DNA of 64,000 nucleotides from an uncultured Chloroflexia bacterium (GCA_963752475.1 CAVVYR010000001.1:64001-128000); one strand, 5' to 3'; shown: positions 48,953 to 59,558, counted from the first letter of the stretch. Made by a program: numbers and translations. Notes: generated by a model from the sequence alone, not told the origin.

Positions 48953-50028
48953 CTCCGGTAGAGCGCCGCGGTCTGCTCGGCGATGGGAGCCCAATCGATG
49001 GTGTCCGCGTACGCCCGTGCCCGCTCTCCCATGGCCACGAGGTCCGCATCCTTCGCCGCGCGGATGGCCTGAGCCAGCGCGTCCTTGGCGTCGGGGTCGT
49101 ACAGGAACGTGGCATCGGCCGGCAGCGTGCCCGGCAGGCAACCCATGGCCGGAGCGATGACCGGCCGGCCGTGGCTCAACGCGAGGATGGCACTGCCGGA
49201 GGTAAGGATGTCGCGGAACGGCAACACCACCGCGTCGGCGGCGCGCAGGACGCGGGTCAGCCGATCCTCCGGCAGCCGGTCCAGCTCGAGCACGATGCGC
49301 TTGTCCTCCAGCGCCAGCTTCTCCAGCTTGCGTCCGAACTTCGGCGGGTACGGGCGGCCGGCGATCAACAGCCGATCCTCTGGTGCCAGCTCGTCGACGC
49401 GCATGAAGGCATCGAGCAGCTCACCCACGTTCTTGTAGCCACGGATCGAGCCGACGAAAGCGAAGATCGTGCCGGCCTCGGTCAGGTCCAGCGCGCGCCG
49501 CGCGGCCCCCTGCTCGAGGTCGACGTCGTACTGCCGTACGTACGAGCCGTGGAGCAGCACGTGCATGCGTGCCCGCGCCTGGGCGCTTGGCCGGTAGAGC
49601 TCGATGAGCGCGTCGCGGGCGTACTCGCAGTGCAGGATGATCGCGTCGGCTTGCTCGACCATGATCCGGTGTGCGAGCAGGTCGTTGGCATCCTTACCCT
49701 TGGCCGCATGGCCCTTGAGGTTGTGCACGGTCCAGACGATGCGCACACCCACGCGCTTGAGCGCCCGCAGCTGCCACTCGAACCAGCGCACGTTGCGGGC
49801 CGTGGGTGTGCCCTTGCTGCCGCCGAGAAACTCCTCGATCCAGTGGATGTGCATCACCTGCGGCCGGCCCTGACGCCACCAGGTGCCCAGCAGTGGTGCG
49901 CGCCTGGGCCACTCGTGGACCGCCTCGGCCTCGAAGCCGGCCTCGGTCACCGCCTCGGCCAGCAGCCGCTGGTACGGGTTCCATCGGTAGGACGGGAAGA
50001 TGATCGCGCGGGGCGCACCGTCGCTCAT
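48949..50028 (-). CDS. GT4 glycosyltransferase (GumI-like)
   Basis: NPYQRLL, HIHW, WTVHN, GSIRGYKNV, TSGSAILALS. Confidence 0.85.
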   Translation of the reverse strand: MSDGAPRAIIFPSYRWNPYQRLLAEAVTEAGFEAEAVHEWPRRAPLLGTWWRQGRPQVMHIHWIEEFLGGSKGTPTARNVRWFEWQLRALKRVGVRIVWTVHNLKGHAAKGKDANDLLAHRIMVEQADAIILHCEYARDALIELYRPSAQARARMHVLLHGSYVRQYDVDLEQGAARRALDLTEAGTIFAFVGSIRGYKNVGELLDAFMRVDELAPEDRLLIAGRPYPPKFGRKLEKLALEDKRIVLELDRLPEDRLTRVLRAADAVVLPFRDILTSGSAILALSHGRPVIAPAMGCLPGTLPADATFLYDPDAKDALAQAIRAAKDADLVAMGERARAYADTIDWAPIAEQTAALYRS

Positions 50029-51122
50029 GCCTCCTCCGGCACCGGCGGCGACGGGATCGCGAGCAGGTGGGCGGCGATACGCTCGCCCGCGTGACCATCC
50101 CAGCCGGGCGGGCCGCCTCCGATGCGCCTTTGGGCCCCCGCGAGAGCACCGTCGAGCGCGTCGCCGAGGCTGCCGGGCGTGACCAGGCGGTTGGTGCCGG
50201 CTGTGAGCGTGATCGGCCGTTCGGTATTGGGACGCATCGTCAGGCAGGGCACATCCAGCACCGTCGTCTCCTCCTGGATGCCGCCGGAGTCGGTGATGAC
50301 CACGCTTGCCCCACGCACGAGCGAGATGAAGTCGATGTAGCCCAGCGGCTCGACCACGTGCAGGTCGGGCACATCCGCCAGCCCAGCCGACTCGAGCCGA
50401 GCCTTGCCCCGTGGATGGAGCGGCAACACCAGCGGCAGCCGAGCCGTGGCCGCACGCAGTGCGTCGATGAGAGCAGCGGCCGCCTCCGTGGTGTCGACGT
50501 TGGCGGGACGATGCAACGTGGCCACCGCGTAGGGCGGCTTCACGCCTAGCTGTCGCTGGACGGGCACGGGGTCGAAACGATCGAGGTTCACCAGCAGCGT
50601 GTCGATCATGGGATTGCCCACGAAGACGACGCGATCGCCGCTGATGCCCTCACGGGCCAGGTTCTGCTCCCCTTCCGGGGCGGTCACGTACAGCGGGTCG
50701 CTGAGGATGTCGGTGACCCGGCGGTTGATCTCCTCGGGCATGGTCTCATCGAACGAGCGTAGCCCGGCCTCGACGTGCGCGATGGGGATCCCCAGCTTGG
50801 CGCAGGTCAGCGCCGCCGCCAGGGTCGAGTTCACATCGCCATAGACGATGACCCGGTCGGGCGCGGCCTGACCGAACGTCTTCTCCATGGCCACGAGCAG
50901 CGCCGCCGTCTGCGCCCCGTGCGAGCCGGAGCCCACGCCGAGGTTCAGGTCCGGCTGGGGCAGGCCCAGCTCCTCGAAGAAGACCTCCGACATGCGGCGG
51001 TCGTAGTGCTGTCCGGTGTGGATGAGCTGCTGGTCGGCACCTGCCGCCGACAGTGCCGCCACGACCGGCGCGGCCTTGATGAAGTTCGGCCGTGCGCCGA
51101 CGATGTGGATGAGTCCGGGCAT
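50025..51122 (-). CDS. wecB: UDP-N-acetylglucosamine 2-epimerase (non-hydrolysing)
   Basis: GARPNFIK, HTGQHYD, HVEAGLRS, PEEINR, DSGGIQEE, TERP. Confidence 0.93.
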   Translation of the reverse strand: MPGLIHIVGARPNFIKAAPVVAALSAAGADQQLIHTGQHYDRRMSEVFFEELGLPQPDLNLGVGSGSHGAQTAALLVAMEKTFGQAAPDRVIVYGDVNSTLAAALTCAKLGIPIAHVEAGLRSFDETMPEEINRRVTDILSDPLYVTAPEGEQNLAREGISGDRVVFVGNPMIDTLLVNLDRFDPVPVQRQLGVKPPYAVATLHRPANVDTTEAAAALIDALRAATARLPLVLPLHPRGKARLESAGLADVPDLHVVEPLGYIDFISLVRGASVVITDSGGIQEETTVLDVPCLTMRPNTERPITLTAGTNRLVTPGSLGDALDGALAGAQRRIGGGPPGWDGHAGERIAAHLLAIPSPPVPEEA

Positions 51123-51180
51123 ATGCTCAAGGATGCCATCCTCACGACTCGGCCGCGCCCGATGCTAGAGTCGAGGCATC

Positions 51181-52485
51181 TTGGACGACACCATCACCTC
51201 GACCCCCACCGTCGGCATCATCGGGCTCGGCTACGTCGGGCTTCCGCTGGCCACCGCCTTCGCCGGCGCCGGCCACCACGTCATCGGCTACGACCTCAGC
51301 CACGAGAAGGTGGCCGCGCTCGAGGCGGGCGACTCCTACATCGAGGACGTGCCCTCGGCCGAGCTCGCGTCCCTCATCGCCTCGGGCGCGTTGGAGGCCA
51401 CCACCGACGCCACCCGCCTGGCCGATTGCGATGCCCAGCTCATCTGCGTACCCACGCCGCTTGGTGAGTACCGCGAACCGGACCTCGGCTTCGTCATGGC
51501 CGCGACAGAGACGGCGCTGTCCAACCTTGGCCCAGGCACGCTCGTCGTGCTCGAGTCGACGACCTGGCCGGGCACCACCCGCGAGGTCCTGGCGCCGATG
51601 TTCGAAGCCGCGGGCCTGACGATCGGCGAGGACGCCTACCTCGCCTTCTCACCCGAGCGTGTCGACCCCGGCAACACCCGCTGGGGCATCAAGGAGACGC
51701 CCAAGGTCGTCGGCGGCCTGACGCCGGAGTGCTCACGCCGGGCCGAGGCGCTCTACGCTGCCATCTGCGACACCGTGCACCCGGTCTCGACGCCGGAGTC
51801 GGCCGAGATGTCGAAGATCATCGAGAACACCTTCCGCGCGGTGAACATCGCGCTGGTCAACGAGCTGGCCATGCTGTCCGACCGCATGGGCGTGGACATC
51901 TGGGAAGCCATCGAGGCCTCGTCTACCAAGCCCTTCGGCTTCATGCCCTTCTGGCCCGGCCCCGGCCTCGGTGGCCACTGCATCCCCATCGACCCCTTCT
52001 ACCTGGCCTGGCGCGCGCGGGCCTTCGACATGGACAGCGAGTTCGTGGAGCTGGCCGGTCGGGTCAACGTGAACATGCCCTACTACGCGGTCTCGCGCAT
52101 CGCACGCTCGCTCAACTCCCGCGCCAAGGCCGTGAACAAGGCCAAGGTGCTGCTGCTGGGCATGGCCTACAAGGCCGATGTCGGGGACCTGCGCGAGAGC
52201 CCGTCGCTCAAGCTGCTGGAGCTGCTGCGGGCCGAGGGTGCCGATGTCACCTACCACGACCCGCATGTGCCCACGCTCTCGGACGAGGGACTCTCGTCGG
52301 TCGAGCTCACGCCGGACACGCTGTCTGAGGCCGACTGCGTCGTCATCGCCACAGCCCACGAGGCCATCGACATCGCCGACGTGGTCGAGTACGCCGACCT
52401 CGTCGTCGACCTGCGCAACGCCGTGCGACACCGCCTCGGAGGCGGAGCCACGGGGGCGATCCCGTCCAACGTCGACGTCCTCTAG
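51181..52485 (+). CDS. UDP-N-acetylhexosamine dehydrogenase (WecC/WbpA family)
   Basis: GLGYVGLP, CVPTP, SPERVDPGN, ENTFRAVNIAL, GGHCIPIDP, DLRESP. Confidence 0.92.
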   Translation: MDDTITSTPTVGIIGLGYVGLPLATAFAGAGHHVIGYDLSHEKVAALEAGDSYIEDVPSAELASLIASGALEATTDATRLADCDAQLICVPTPLGEYREPDLGFVMAATETALSNLGPGTLVVLESTTWPGTTREVLAPMFEAAGLTIGEDAYLAFSPERVDPGNTRWGIKETPKVVGGLTPECSRRAEALYAAICDTVHPVSTPESAEMSKIIENTFRAVNIALVNELAMLSDRMGVDIWEAIEASSTKPFGFMPFWPGPGLGGHCIPIDPFYLAWRARAFDMDSEFVELAGRVNVNMPYYAVSRIARSLNSRAKAVNKAKVLLLGMAYKADVGDLRESPSLKLLELLRAEGADVTYHDPHVPTLSDEGLSSVELTPDTLSEADCVVIATAHEAIDIADVVEYADLVVDLRNAVRHRLGGGATGAIPSNVDVL

Positions 52486-52492
52486 CACGACC

Positions 52493-53503
52493 ATGGCAAA
52501 GGGGTCGCGCAAGGTCTGGATCGACCTGACCAACTCCCCTCACGTGCTCTTCTTCCGGCCCGTCATCCGCCGGCTGGACGAAGCCGGCGTGGAGACCGTC
52601 GTCACCGCGCGCGACTTCGCCCAGACGTTGGGGCTGCTGGAGCGCTACGACATCCCCCACACCGTCATCGGCAAGCACGGTGGTGCCTCGGTCAGCGGCA
52701 AGGCGCTCGGGCTGGTGCGACGCTCGGGCGCGATGATCGCCTTCGGGCGCGGCGAGGGCATCACCCAGGCCGTCAGCCATGGCTCCAACGACCTCGCCAT
52801 CGCCGCCCGCACGCTGCGCATCCACAGCACCGTCATCCACGACTACGAAGGCGCAGCGGGTATGCATCGCATCAACTTCCGGCTCGCGAGCAAGGTCATG
52901 ACGCCGGACGTCATCCCCTACTCCGCGCTCTCGGGCTACGGCCTCAAAGAGGCCAAGTTCCACCCCTACCACGGGCTCAAGGAGCAGGTCGCGCTGGCCG
53001 ATTTCGCCTTCGACGAGTCGGTCTACGAGGAGCTGGGGCTCGATCGCGAGCGGCCCATCGTGGTGCTGCGCCCGCCGGCCACGATGAGCCTGTACCACCG
53101 GGGCATCGAGAACACCGTCTTCGACGACGTCGTGGCCCGCCTGCTCGACTCGGACGCCCAGGTCGTGCTGCTGCCGCGCACGCCCGAGCAGGGTCGGTCC
53201 TTCGCTGACGCTCCGGGGGTCATCATCCCCGAGCGACCCGTCGACGGGCCTTCGCTGGTGTGGGCCGCGGATGCGGTCATCAGCGCCGGCGGCACGATGA
53301 ACCGCGAGGCGGCCGTGCTGGGCGTGCCCACGTGGACGACCTTCGCAGGCGAGCTGGGAGCGGTGGACCGCGAACTGGTCGAGCAGGGACGGATGCGGGT
53401 GCTGGCCGATGCGGACGAGGTCGAGATCGCCAAGCGGGAGCCGGCGGAACCGGACTTCGAGGCCGTCGCCGACGAGGTCACGCAGGAGATCCTGCGCACC
53501 TGA
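52493..53503 (+). CDS. DUF354 family protein (GT-B-like)
   Basis: KVWIDLTNSPHV.FF, TARD, IGKHGG, GGTMNREAAVLGVP. Confidence 0.85.
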   Translation: MAKGSRKVWIDLTNSPHVLFFRPVIRRLDEAGVETVVTARDFAQTLGLLERYDIPHTVIGKHGGASVSGKALGLVRRSGAMIAFGRGEGITQAVSHGSNDLAIAARTLRIHSTVIHDYEGAAGMHRINFRLASKVMTPDVIPYSALSGYGLKEAKFHPYHGLKEQVALADFAFDESVYEELGLDRERPIVVLRPPATMSLYHRGIENTVFDDVVARLLDSDAQVVLLPRTPEQGRSFADAPGVIIPERPVDGPSLVWAADAVISAGGTMNREAAVLGVPTWTTFAGELGAVDRELVEQGRMRVLADADEVEIAKREPAEPDFEAVADEVTQEILRT

Positions 53504-53508
53504 TCGCA

Positions 53509-53555
53509 GCAGTCGCTACTTCGTCTTGAGCGGCAGTCGCTACTTCGTCTTGAGC
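53509..53555 (-). repeat. 24-bp-period tandem duplication containing the protease stop codon
   Basis: GCAGTCGCTACTTCGTCTTGAGC at 53509-53531 and 53533-53555. Confidence 0.9.
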
Positions 53556-54391
53556 AGGCGCTTGACCTGGGATGTGACACGGATCCCGAGTCGGTCCGTG
53601 CGGAGGCCCATCTTGCACTGACCGTTGCCGTTGATGGCGCACTCGGTGACGATGCCGACCACGCAATGCGTGCGGCCACACGGCGAGTCCTTGGCGAAGG
53701 TGCGCCACACCGGGCCGCCGCTCATGCCGGAGGAGATGAAGCCGGTGAAGCGCAGTTGGCGCCCCTCCGGGTCGAAGTTGGCCGGGCGGACGCGACCCTC
53801 GGTACGCCACATGTTGAGTCCGTTCATGCCGCTGATGCGACCGTCGGCGGGGTAGCCTGCTGTTCGGACCTTCTGGCCCGCGGTGAGCGAGCCGTCGCCC
53901 TGTTCGGTGGCCCACAGACGCAGGATCGAGTTCTTCGGGAACGTGCACTTGGTCGTGAGCACGGCGTAGTCGTGAGCGCGACTACCGACCGTTCGGTCGC
54001 CCCCGCCGCCCTTCACGAACTTGGCGTGAGCCCACACCCTGGAGACACCGCAGGCCTTGTAGGCCGAGCCGCCGAGCGATCGGCTGAAGGCGCGGTAGAC
54101 GCGGAGCGTCCTGGGCAGCCCCGGCTTGAGCCTGTAGCGGCCGGCTGCGGCGTTCTGCACCAGACAGTGCGCCGCGGTGGCGACCTTGTTGGAGCCGATG
54201 ACGAAGCCGGTGCAGACGATGCGCTCGCCGACGCTCACGAGGGTGAGGCCGCGGAACGGCTTCTGGGTCAGCTTGGCCTTGGGCACCTTCGAGTAGTCAC
54301 CCTCCCCGGCCGTGACCGTGCCGAAGCCGGCACCGAGCGCGACGGTGGTCACCACCAGCAACGAGACGAGGCGAGGGAACGTCCGGCTCAA
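53540..54391 (-). CDS. Secreted trypsin-like (S1, V8-type) serine protease, K/R-rich
   Basis: Signal peptide; CTGFVIG..TAAHC (His), DYAVL (Asp), GYP, GMSGGPV (Ser). Confidence 0.88.
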   Translation of the reverse strand: MSRTFPRLVSLLVVTTVALGAGFGTVTAGEGDYSKVPKAKLTQKPFRGLTLVSVGERIVCTGFVIGSNKVATAAHCLVQNAAAGRYRLKPGLPRTLRVYRAFSRSLGGSAYKACGVSRVWAHAKFVKGGGGDRTVGSRAHDYAVLTTKCTFPKNSILRLWATEQGDGSLTAGQKVRTAGYPADGRISGMNGLNMWRTEGRVRPANFDPEGRQLRFTGFISSGMSGGPVWRTFAKDSPCGRTHCVVGIVTECAINGNGQCKMGLRTDRLGIRVTSQVKRLLKTK

Positions 54392-55785
54392 GCGCTCACC
54401 TCGCGGGGAGAGGCGCCTTCACGGATGGAGCGCGCTGATCCGACCGGGGCGTCCTCGCGCGCGAACTTGCGGTAGAGCTCCACGAGCCCGACGGCGGTGC
54501 GATCCCAGGTGTACTTGGTGAGGGCTACCTCACGGCAGTGGGCCCGCAGCTCGCGGCGCTGCTCGGCCGGCGCGGTGAGCAGATTCGCACAGGCAGCAGC
54601 GATGGCAGCCGGGTCGTCGATGTCGACGCAGACCCCGATCCGTTCATCCGACGTCAGCCGGCACTGCTCGTTGCCTTCGCTCACGACGACCGGCACGCCG
54701 GCCATGATCGACTCGAAGAGCTTGTTGGGCAGGTTCATCTTCTGGTTCAGCGTCCGCGGTGGCTGGCCCACGAACGACACGTCAGAGCTGGCGGTCCAGG
54801 GCATGAGATCGTCGGGACGCACAGCGGGCAGCAGGTAGATGCGACCGGGGTGCCGTTCCACAGCGTCAGCGATGAAGGCCTCGAGGCGGCCGTAGCCCAT
54901 GAACACGACCGCTGCGCCGAGCTCCATCAGGGCCGGCTGCGTGGCCGCAGCCACGAGCTCCTCCACGCCTCGATCGACGGAGAAGCCACCCTGGTAGAGC
55001 ACGATCGGCCGCTCGGGCTCGATGCCCGTGGCCTCGCGGATCTTGTCGGACTCGATGATGCCGGGCTCGTCCGGCCGCCAGGCGGGCGGGCAGTTCCACA
55101 GGATCGTCGGGCGGGGCACGCCCCACTTGCGCACGACGAGATCGGCGACCGGGTCGCTCACGGCCAGGAAACCGGCACCATCGCGGGCCCAATCACGCTC
55201 GCGTCGGCGCACGGACTCGCGCACGACCCAGGGCATCCGCGCCAGGCGGGCAGCCTCGGTGTGGTAGTCGGCGACGTCGTAGACGAAGCGGCCATCGAGC
55301 CGCTTGGCGGACTCGCGCACGACCGGCAGCACGATGAGCGACTGCGCGTGGAAGACCTCCGTCTCGGGGGCAGCCTCGACGACAGCGTCAGCCCAGGGGC
55401 CCACGCGACGGGCGTTGGCGACCATCTCCAGCACACGGCGACCCAGGTGCAGCACGCGGTCGAACCCCTTGGGTGCGTCGGGTGGCAGCACCTGCGCGTC
55501 GTAGTCGAGGCGGACCATTCGGCAGAGGCCACGACGAACGCGCGTGGGCAGCGGCTTGAGCGCGTTGCTGATGCGGCGGTCGATGTCGAGTCGGGTCAGC
55601 CGCACACCTGGTGCCAGCTCTTCCTCCGGCGGCAGCCCCGGAGCCGACCAGCCGAGGATGCGCAGGCGGTGCCCATCGGCAGCCAGCGAGGTCGCTGAAC
55701 GCAGGAATCGCGAATCGAACTCGAAGGGGTTGGCAGCGACGATGGTGATGTTCAGCCGTTCCGGCTGCGGCGCGTCGGCACTCAC
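54388..55785 (-). CDS. GT4 glycosyltransferase
   Basis: DSR, VYD, AVS, LYQGG..RG.EEL, LPNKLFESIMAGVPVV. Confidence 0.88.
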   Translation of the reverse strand: MSADAPQPERLNITIVAANPFEFDSRFLRSATSLAADGHRLRILGWSAPGLPPEEELAPGVRLTRLDIDRRISNALKPLPTRVRRGLCRMVRLDYDAQVLPPDAPKGFDRVLHLGRRVLEMVANARRVGPWADAVVEAAPETEVFHAQSLIVLPVVRESAKRLDGRFVYDVADYHTEAARLARMPWVVRESVRRRERDWARDGAGFLAVSDPVADLVVRKWGVPRPTILWNCPPAWRPDEPGIIESDKIREATGIEPERPIVLYQGGFSVDRGVEELVAAATQPALMELGAAVVFMGYGRLEAFIADAVERHPGRIYLLPAVRPDDLMPWTASSDVSFVGQPPRTLNQKMNLPNKLFESIMAGVPVVVSEGNEQCRLTSDERIGVCVDIDDPAAIAAACANLLTAPAEQRRELRAHCREVALTKYTWDRTAVGLVELYRKFAREDAPVGSARSIREGASPREVSA

Positions 55786-55876
55786 GCGTGCAGGATCTCC
55801 CGATGGCCCCGATCCACCGTGAACCGAGGTACGTCAGTGGCCAGCCTAACCGGTCCTTGGCTTATGGGCACGACAA

Positions 55877-56662
55877 TCAGTCGTGCCCCTCCCCCTCCGG
55901 GCCCATCCGCCCCGTCGGACCGCGTCCGCGGAGCTCCTCCCAGCGCAGCTGCAGCACCACCACGAGCGCTTCCACGATGATCGACTTGGACATCTTGCTG
56001 GTGCCGATCTCACGGTCCTTGAAGACGATGGGAACCTCCGTCACCGAAGCGCCGGCCCGGGTCGCGAGATAGGTCGTCTCGATCTGGAAGACGTAGCCAC
56101 CCGAATGCACGCGGTCCCACTCCACGGCCTCGAGGGCGGCGCGGCGCCAGGCCTTGAAGCCACCGGTCAGATCGTTGGGCCCCAGGCGCAGGACGATCTT
56201 GGCGAAGAGCGAACCACCGCGCGAGACGATGCGCCGCAGCACACCCCAATCGCGCACGCCACCACCCCGGGTGTAGCGCGAACCGATGACGAGGTCGGCG
56301 TCACCATCGAGGGGAGCCACCAGGGAGGGCAGGTAGTCGGGCGAGTGCGACCAGTCGGCATCCATCTGGACGACGCGCTCGGCCCCGCCATCGAGGGCCA
56401 CGCCGAAGCCATCCATGTAGGCCCTGCCCAGGCCTTCCTTGCCGTTCCGGTGGAGCACGGTGATGCGCGGCTCCTCTGACGCGAGGCGGTCGGCGATGTC
56501 GCCGGTGCCATCGGGTGAAGCATCGTCGACCACGAGCAGGCGGCAGCCGGGAAGCGCAGCCAGGATGGCGGCGGAGATGCCCTCGAGGTTCTCGGCCTCG
56601 TCGTAGGTGGGCAGCACCACCCACGTTCCGACGTGGCGGCCAGGGTCAGTTCGTGCGGTCAT
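55877..56662 (-). CDS. Polyprenol monophosphomannose synthase (DPM1/Ppm1-like GT2)
   Basis: LPTYDEAEN, VDDASPDGTG, GLGRAY, QMDAD.SH, IGSRY, D.TGGF, GYVFQIE, F.DR..G.SK. Confidence 0.9.
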   Translation of the reverse strand: MTARTDPGRHVGTWVVLPTYDEAENLEGISAAILAALPGCRLLVVDDASPDGTGDIADRLASEEPRITVLHRNGKEGLGRAYMDGFGVALDGGAERVVQMDADWSHSPDYLPSLVAPLDGDADLVIGSRYTRGGGVRDWGVLRRIVSRGGSLFAKIVLRLGPNDLTGGFKAWRRAALEAVEWDRVHSGGYVFQIETTYLATRAGASVTEVPIVFKDREIGTSKMSKSIIVEALVVVLQLRWEELRGRGPTGRMGPEGEGHD

Positions 56663-56717
56663 CGCCACCAGTCTATCGGCGCTGCGGACCGGCGCAGGGG
56701 CCGGGTGCCATGACCGG

Positions 56718-58583
56718 CTAGGTCAGCCGGATGACGAAGACCTTGGAGTGGTTGCCGCCACGCTTGTCGGTGCCCACGACGCGAACCCTCATCTGACCGG
56801 CGTTGCTCCTCTTGCGCGTGTCGATGACGACCTGGTACTGCGTCGGCGATAGCCTCTTCACCTTCTTGGGCGGGATCCGGTACTTGGCGATGCCCTTCTG
56901 GTTGGCGGTCACGACGGGCTTGCCCTTCAGCGGCTCCGAGCTGGTGAGGCGCAGGGTGACGGTTTCGCCGCGCTTGCGCTTCCACTTGGGCGTGTAGCCC
57001 TGGAAGGCCATGTGCCGGACGATGACGTCGTGGGCATACCAGCCGCTCGAGGTCTGGACCCTGACGCGGGCGGTGTAGCGACCGTCCGGGGCCCACTTGC
57101 CGTTGTCCTTCTTGCCGTTCCAGACCGCCCGGACCTCGCCCGCGCCGCGCTTGCGATTGACGATGAGCTTGCGCACGACCTTGCCCTTGCTGTCGCGGAT
57201 GGCGAAAGCCACGGTGGCCGGTCGGATGAGCTTGACCTTGACCGCGCTGGCCGGCGCGAGGGCGTCGCCGTCGCGGGCCCAGAAGAGCGCCGGGGTGACC
57301 TTGGGCGCCCTCAACGAGTTGAGGACCTTGACCGTCACGAGCTTGCTCACGCCGCGGTTGCCAGCGCGGTCGGTGGGCGTGAGATAGACGTTGTACTTGC
57401 CCTCGGCCACGAGCTTGCCGTTGTCGTTGCGGCCGTTCCAGTCGACGAAGCCGGTGCCCGCCTGGGCCCACGTGGTGGAGCGCCGGACAACGCCACCGTT
57501 GCGCTTGACCTTGACCTCCAGGAAGGCGGCTTCCGAGAGCTTGAACGAGACGCCCATGACGTCGGACAGGCCGTCGCCGTTGGGCGTGAATACCGGCGCC
57601 GCGGCACCGACCGAGGCGATCGTCACCGCTGCCTGGCGGGCCCTGAGCGCGCTCACCACGGGCGCCGTCGTGTCCGGCGGAGGTGCCGCTGCGCCACGCC
57701 ACTCGGTGGTGGTGAAGCTCAGGTCGCCGGTGACCGCTCGCAGGTAGACATCGTCCGGACTGGGGTCGATGTGGATGCGCGCGCCGGGGATGCGAACCGA
57801 GTCGTAGTGGCCGGGCGAGTGCCCGATCCAGCCGTTGTACGAGGGGTTGCTCCCGTCGTGGTAGCGGGTCATGAACACCGCGTCCATCGTGGAATCCTCC
57901 TGGTGGAGGGCCTTGACGATGTCTGCACCCGGCTGGTGACCGAGGGCCCAGACCACGCGTGCACCGATGGAGAGGAAGCCGTTGGCGAAGTTGTCCACGC
58001 GCTGGACGGCCACGTCGCGGGTGGCGGGCTCATCGCCGTTGGCGTGGCCGGATGCGTACGAGAGGTGCGCGAGCAGGACCACGGCTTTCGGCGCCAGGAC
58101 GATGTTCTCGCGCAGCCAGTCAGCACCCTTGTAGACGACGGTATTGGGGCCGCGCTCGTCCGGATCAGCGGCGTCGAGCCCGAGGCCGTTCTTGGTCTCC
58201 TCCTGGAACTCGCCGAACTTACTGGGCCAGCCGTTGCCATGGCCGACGTAGACGAACAGATCGGCACCCTGCGCCAGACTCTTCACTCGTGAGGCCGGGG
58301 CGTTGGGGTGGAAGATGCGGATGACCTCCATGCCCTGCGCCTCGGCGGCGTTGGCGATGTCGCTCGCGTAGCCGTTGTACTTCTCCGTCAGCGAGTGCAC
58401 CGGGCCGGCCACCACGACCGCCTTCTTGGCCCCCGCCGCAGCCGCACCGCTGACCCAGTTGAGGGCCGAGCTCGTGAGCACGAGCGCGATGATCGACAGC
58501 ACCACGGCCAAGCCTCGGATGACGTCCTTGCGCACGGCGCGTGAATGACGAGCCGGAGATGTGGTCTGGTGCCGTTCGGTCAT
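56718..58583 (-). CDS. Secreted protein: caspase/gingipain-like N-terminal domain plus two FlgD Ig-like domains
   Basis: YVGHGNG; DTTAP; FTPNGDGLSD; WNGRNDNGKLVAEGKY; WNGKKDNGKWAPDGRY. Confidence 0.7.
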   Translation of the reverse strand: MTERHQTTSPARHSRAVRKDVIRGLAVVLSIIALVLTSSALNWVSGAAAAGAKKAVVVAGPVHSLTEKYNGYASDIANAAEAQGMEVIRIFHPNAPASRVKSLAQGADLFVYVGHGNGWPSKFGEFQEETKNGLGLDAADPDERGPNTVVYKGADWLRENIVLAPKAVVLLAHLSYASGHANGDEPATRDVAVQRVDNFANGFLSIGARVVWALGHQPGADIVKALHQEDSTMDAVFMTRYHDGSNPSYNGWIGHSPGHYDSVRIPGARIHIDPSPDDVYLRAVTGDLSFTTTEWRGAAAPPPDTTAPVVSALRARQAAVTIASVGAAAPVFTPNGDGLSDVMGVSFKLSEAAFLEVKVKRNGGVVRRSTTWAQAGTGFVDWNGRNDNGKLVAEGKYNVYLTPTDRAGNRGVSKLVTVKVLNSLRAPKVTPALFWARDGDALAPASAVKVKLIRPATVAFAIRDSKGKVVRKLIVNRKRGAGEVRAVWNGKKDNGKWAPDGRYTARVRVQTSSGWYAHDVIVRHMAFQGYTPKWKRKRGETVTLRLTSSEPLKGKPVVTANQKGIAKYRIPPKKVKRLSPTQYQVVIDTRKRSNAGQMRVRVVGTDKRGGNHSKVFVIRLT

Positions 58584-58669
58584 GTGCGGCCAAGGTTCGA
58601 CGCGCGCGCGGCTCGGGGCCATGCCGAAATGGTCATCGCCGGGGGTCCCAGATGGTCCCACCAGGGCGG

Positions 58670-59551
58670 TCAACCGTCGTCACTCTCACGATCGGTCGCC
58701 CGCTTGGGCGCCTTGAAGTTGGTCTGTACCAGCGCGTACTCGACGTGTTGGAGGTCCGCCTCGGGCACGATCAGCGCGGTCTTCACGACCTGTTCCGGCT
58801 CATCGATGATGTCGACGACGCGGCCGATGGGGATGCCCTTGGGATAGACCGAGCGGAAACCACCACCGAGGTTCACGCCGTAGGTCACGACCTGATCGTT
58901 CTCGGAAAGCCTCTGCGTTCTGGGGATGTCGGTCATGGCCAGCGGTGCCGAGAGCCGCCCTACGACCTCGCCGGTGGCATTGGTGCGCTTGACCCAGCCG
59001 GCCACCAGCGAGTTGGGGTCGCTGATGAGCATGACGTCAGCCCAGCCCTCACCGGCATCGGTCACGCGGCCCAGGAGAGCACCGCCCTCGGAGAAGACCG
59101 GCGCGTCCTTGCGGATGTCCGATTCGGTGCCCTTGTCGAGCGTGACGAGCCGTTCGTACTGCGTGAACTGGCGCGCGGACACGCCGGCCGCGACGGTCTT
59201 GACGCCCTTGTCTGTGAGCTCGCTCTTGGTGCCGAGCACCTTGGTCAGCTTCTTGTTCTCCGCCTGGAGGCTCTCGAGCACGGCCAGCTGGTCGTCCAGG
59301 CGCGCGACCTCCGCTCGCAGTTCATCGTTCTCGCGGCGGAGCATGTCGACCTCGTTGAGGGCGCCGGCCACCGACGTGACGGTACGGGTGCTGTCGCCCA
59401 GCATGTCCTGCACGGGCGAGATGGCGAAGCGGACGCCGCTGCGCATCTCGTCGACCGGTCCGGTATCGCTCACGGCGATCATGCCCATGGACAGCGTCAA
59501 CAGGACCACCAGGATGATCGAGCGGCGCCGGGCGTTGCGATCTCTCAGCAT
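58670..59551 (-). CDS. mreC: Rod shape-determining protein MreC
   Basis: TM, coiled coil (LRRENDELR, ENKKL), LDKG, LLGRV, YPKGIPIGRV; follows mreB. Confidence 0.9.
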   Translation of the reverse strand: MLRDRNARRRSIILVVLLTLSMGMIAVSDTGPVDEMRSGVRFAISPVQDMLGDSTRTVTSVAGALNEVDMLRRENDELRAEVARLDDQLAVLESLQAENKKLTKVLGTKSELTDKGVKTVAAGVSARQFTQYERLVTLDKGTESDIRKDAPVFSEGGALLGRVTDAGEGWADVMLISDPNSLVAGWVKRTNATGEVVGRLSAPLAMTDIPRTQRLSENDQVVTYGVNLGGGFRSVYPKGIPIGRVVDIIDEPEQVVKTALIVPEADLQHVEYALVQTNFKAPKRATDRESDDG

Positions 59552-59558
59552 GGGCGGC

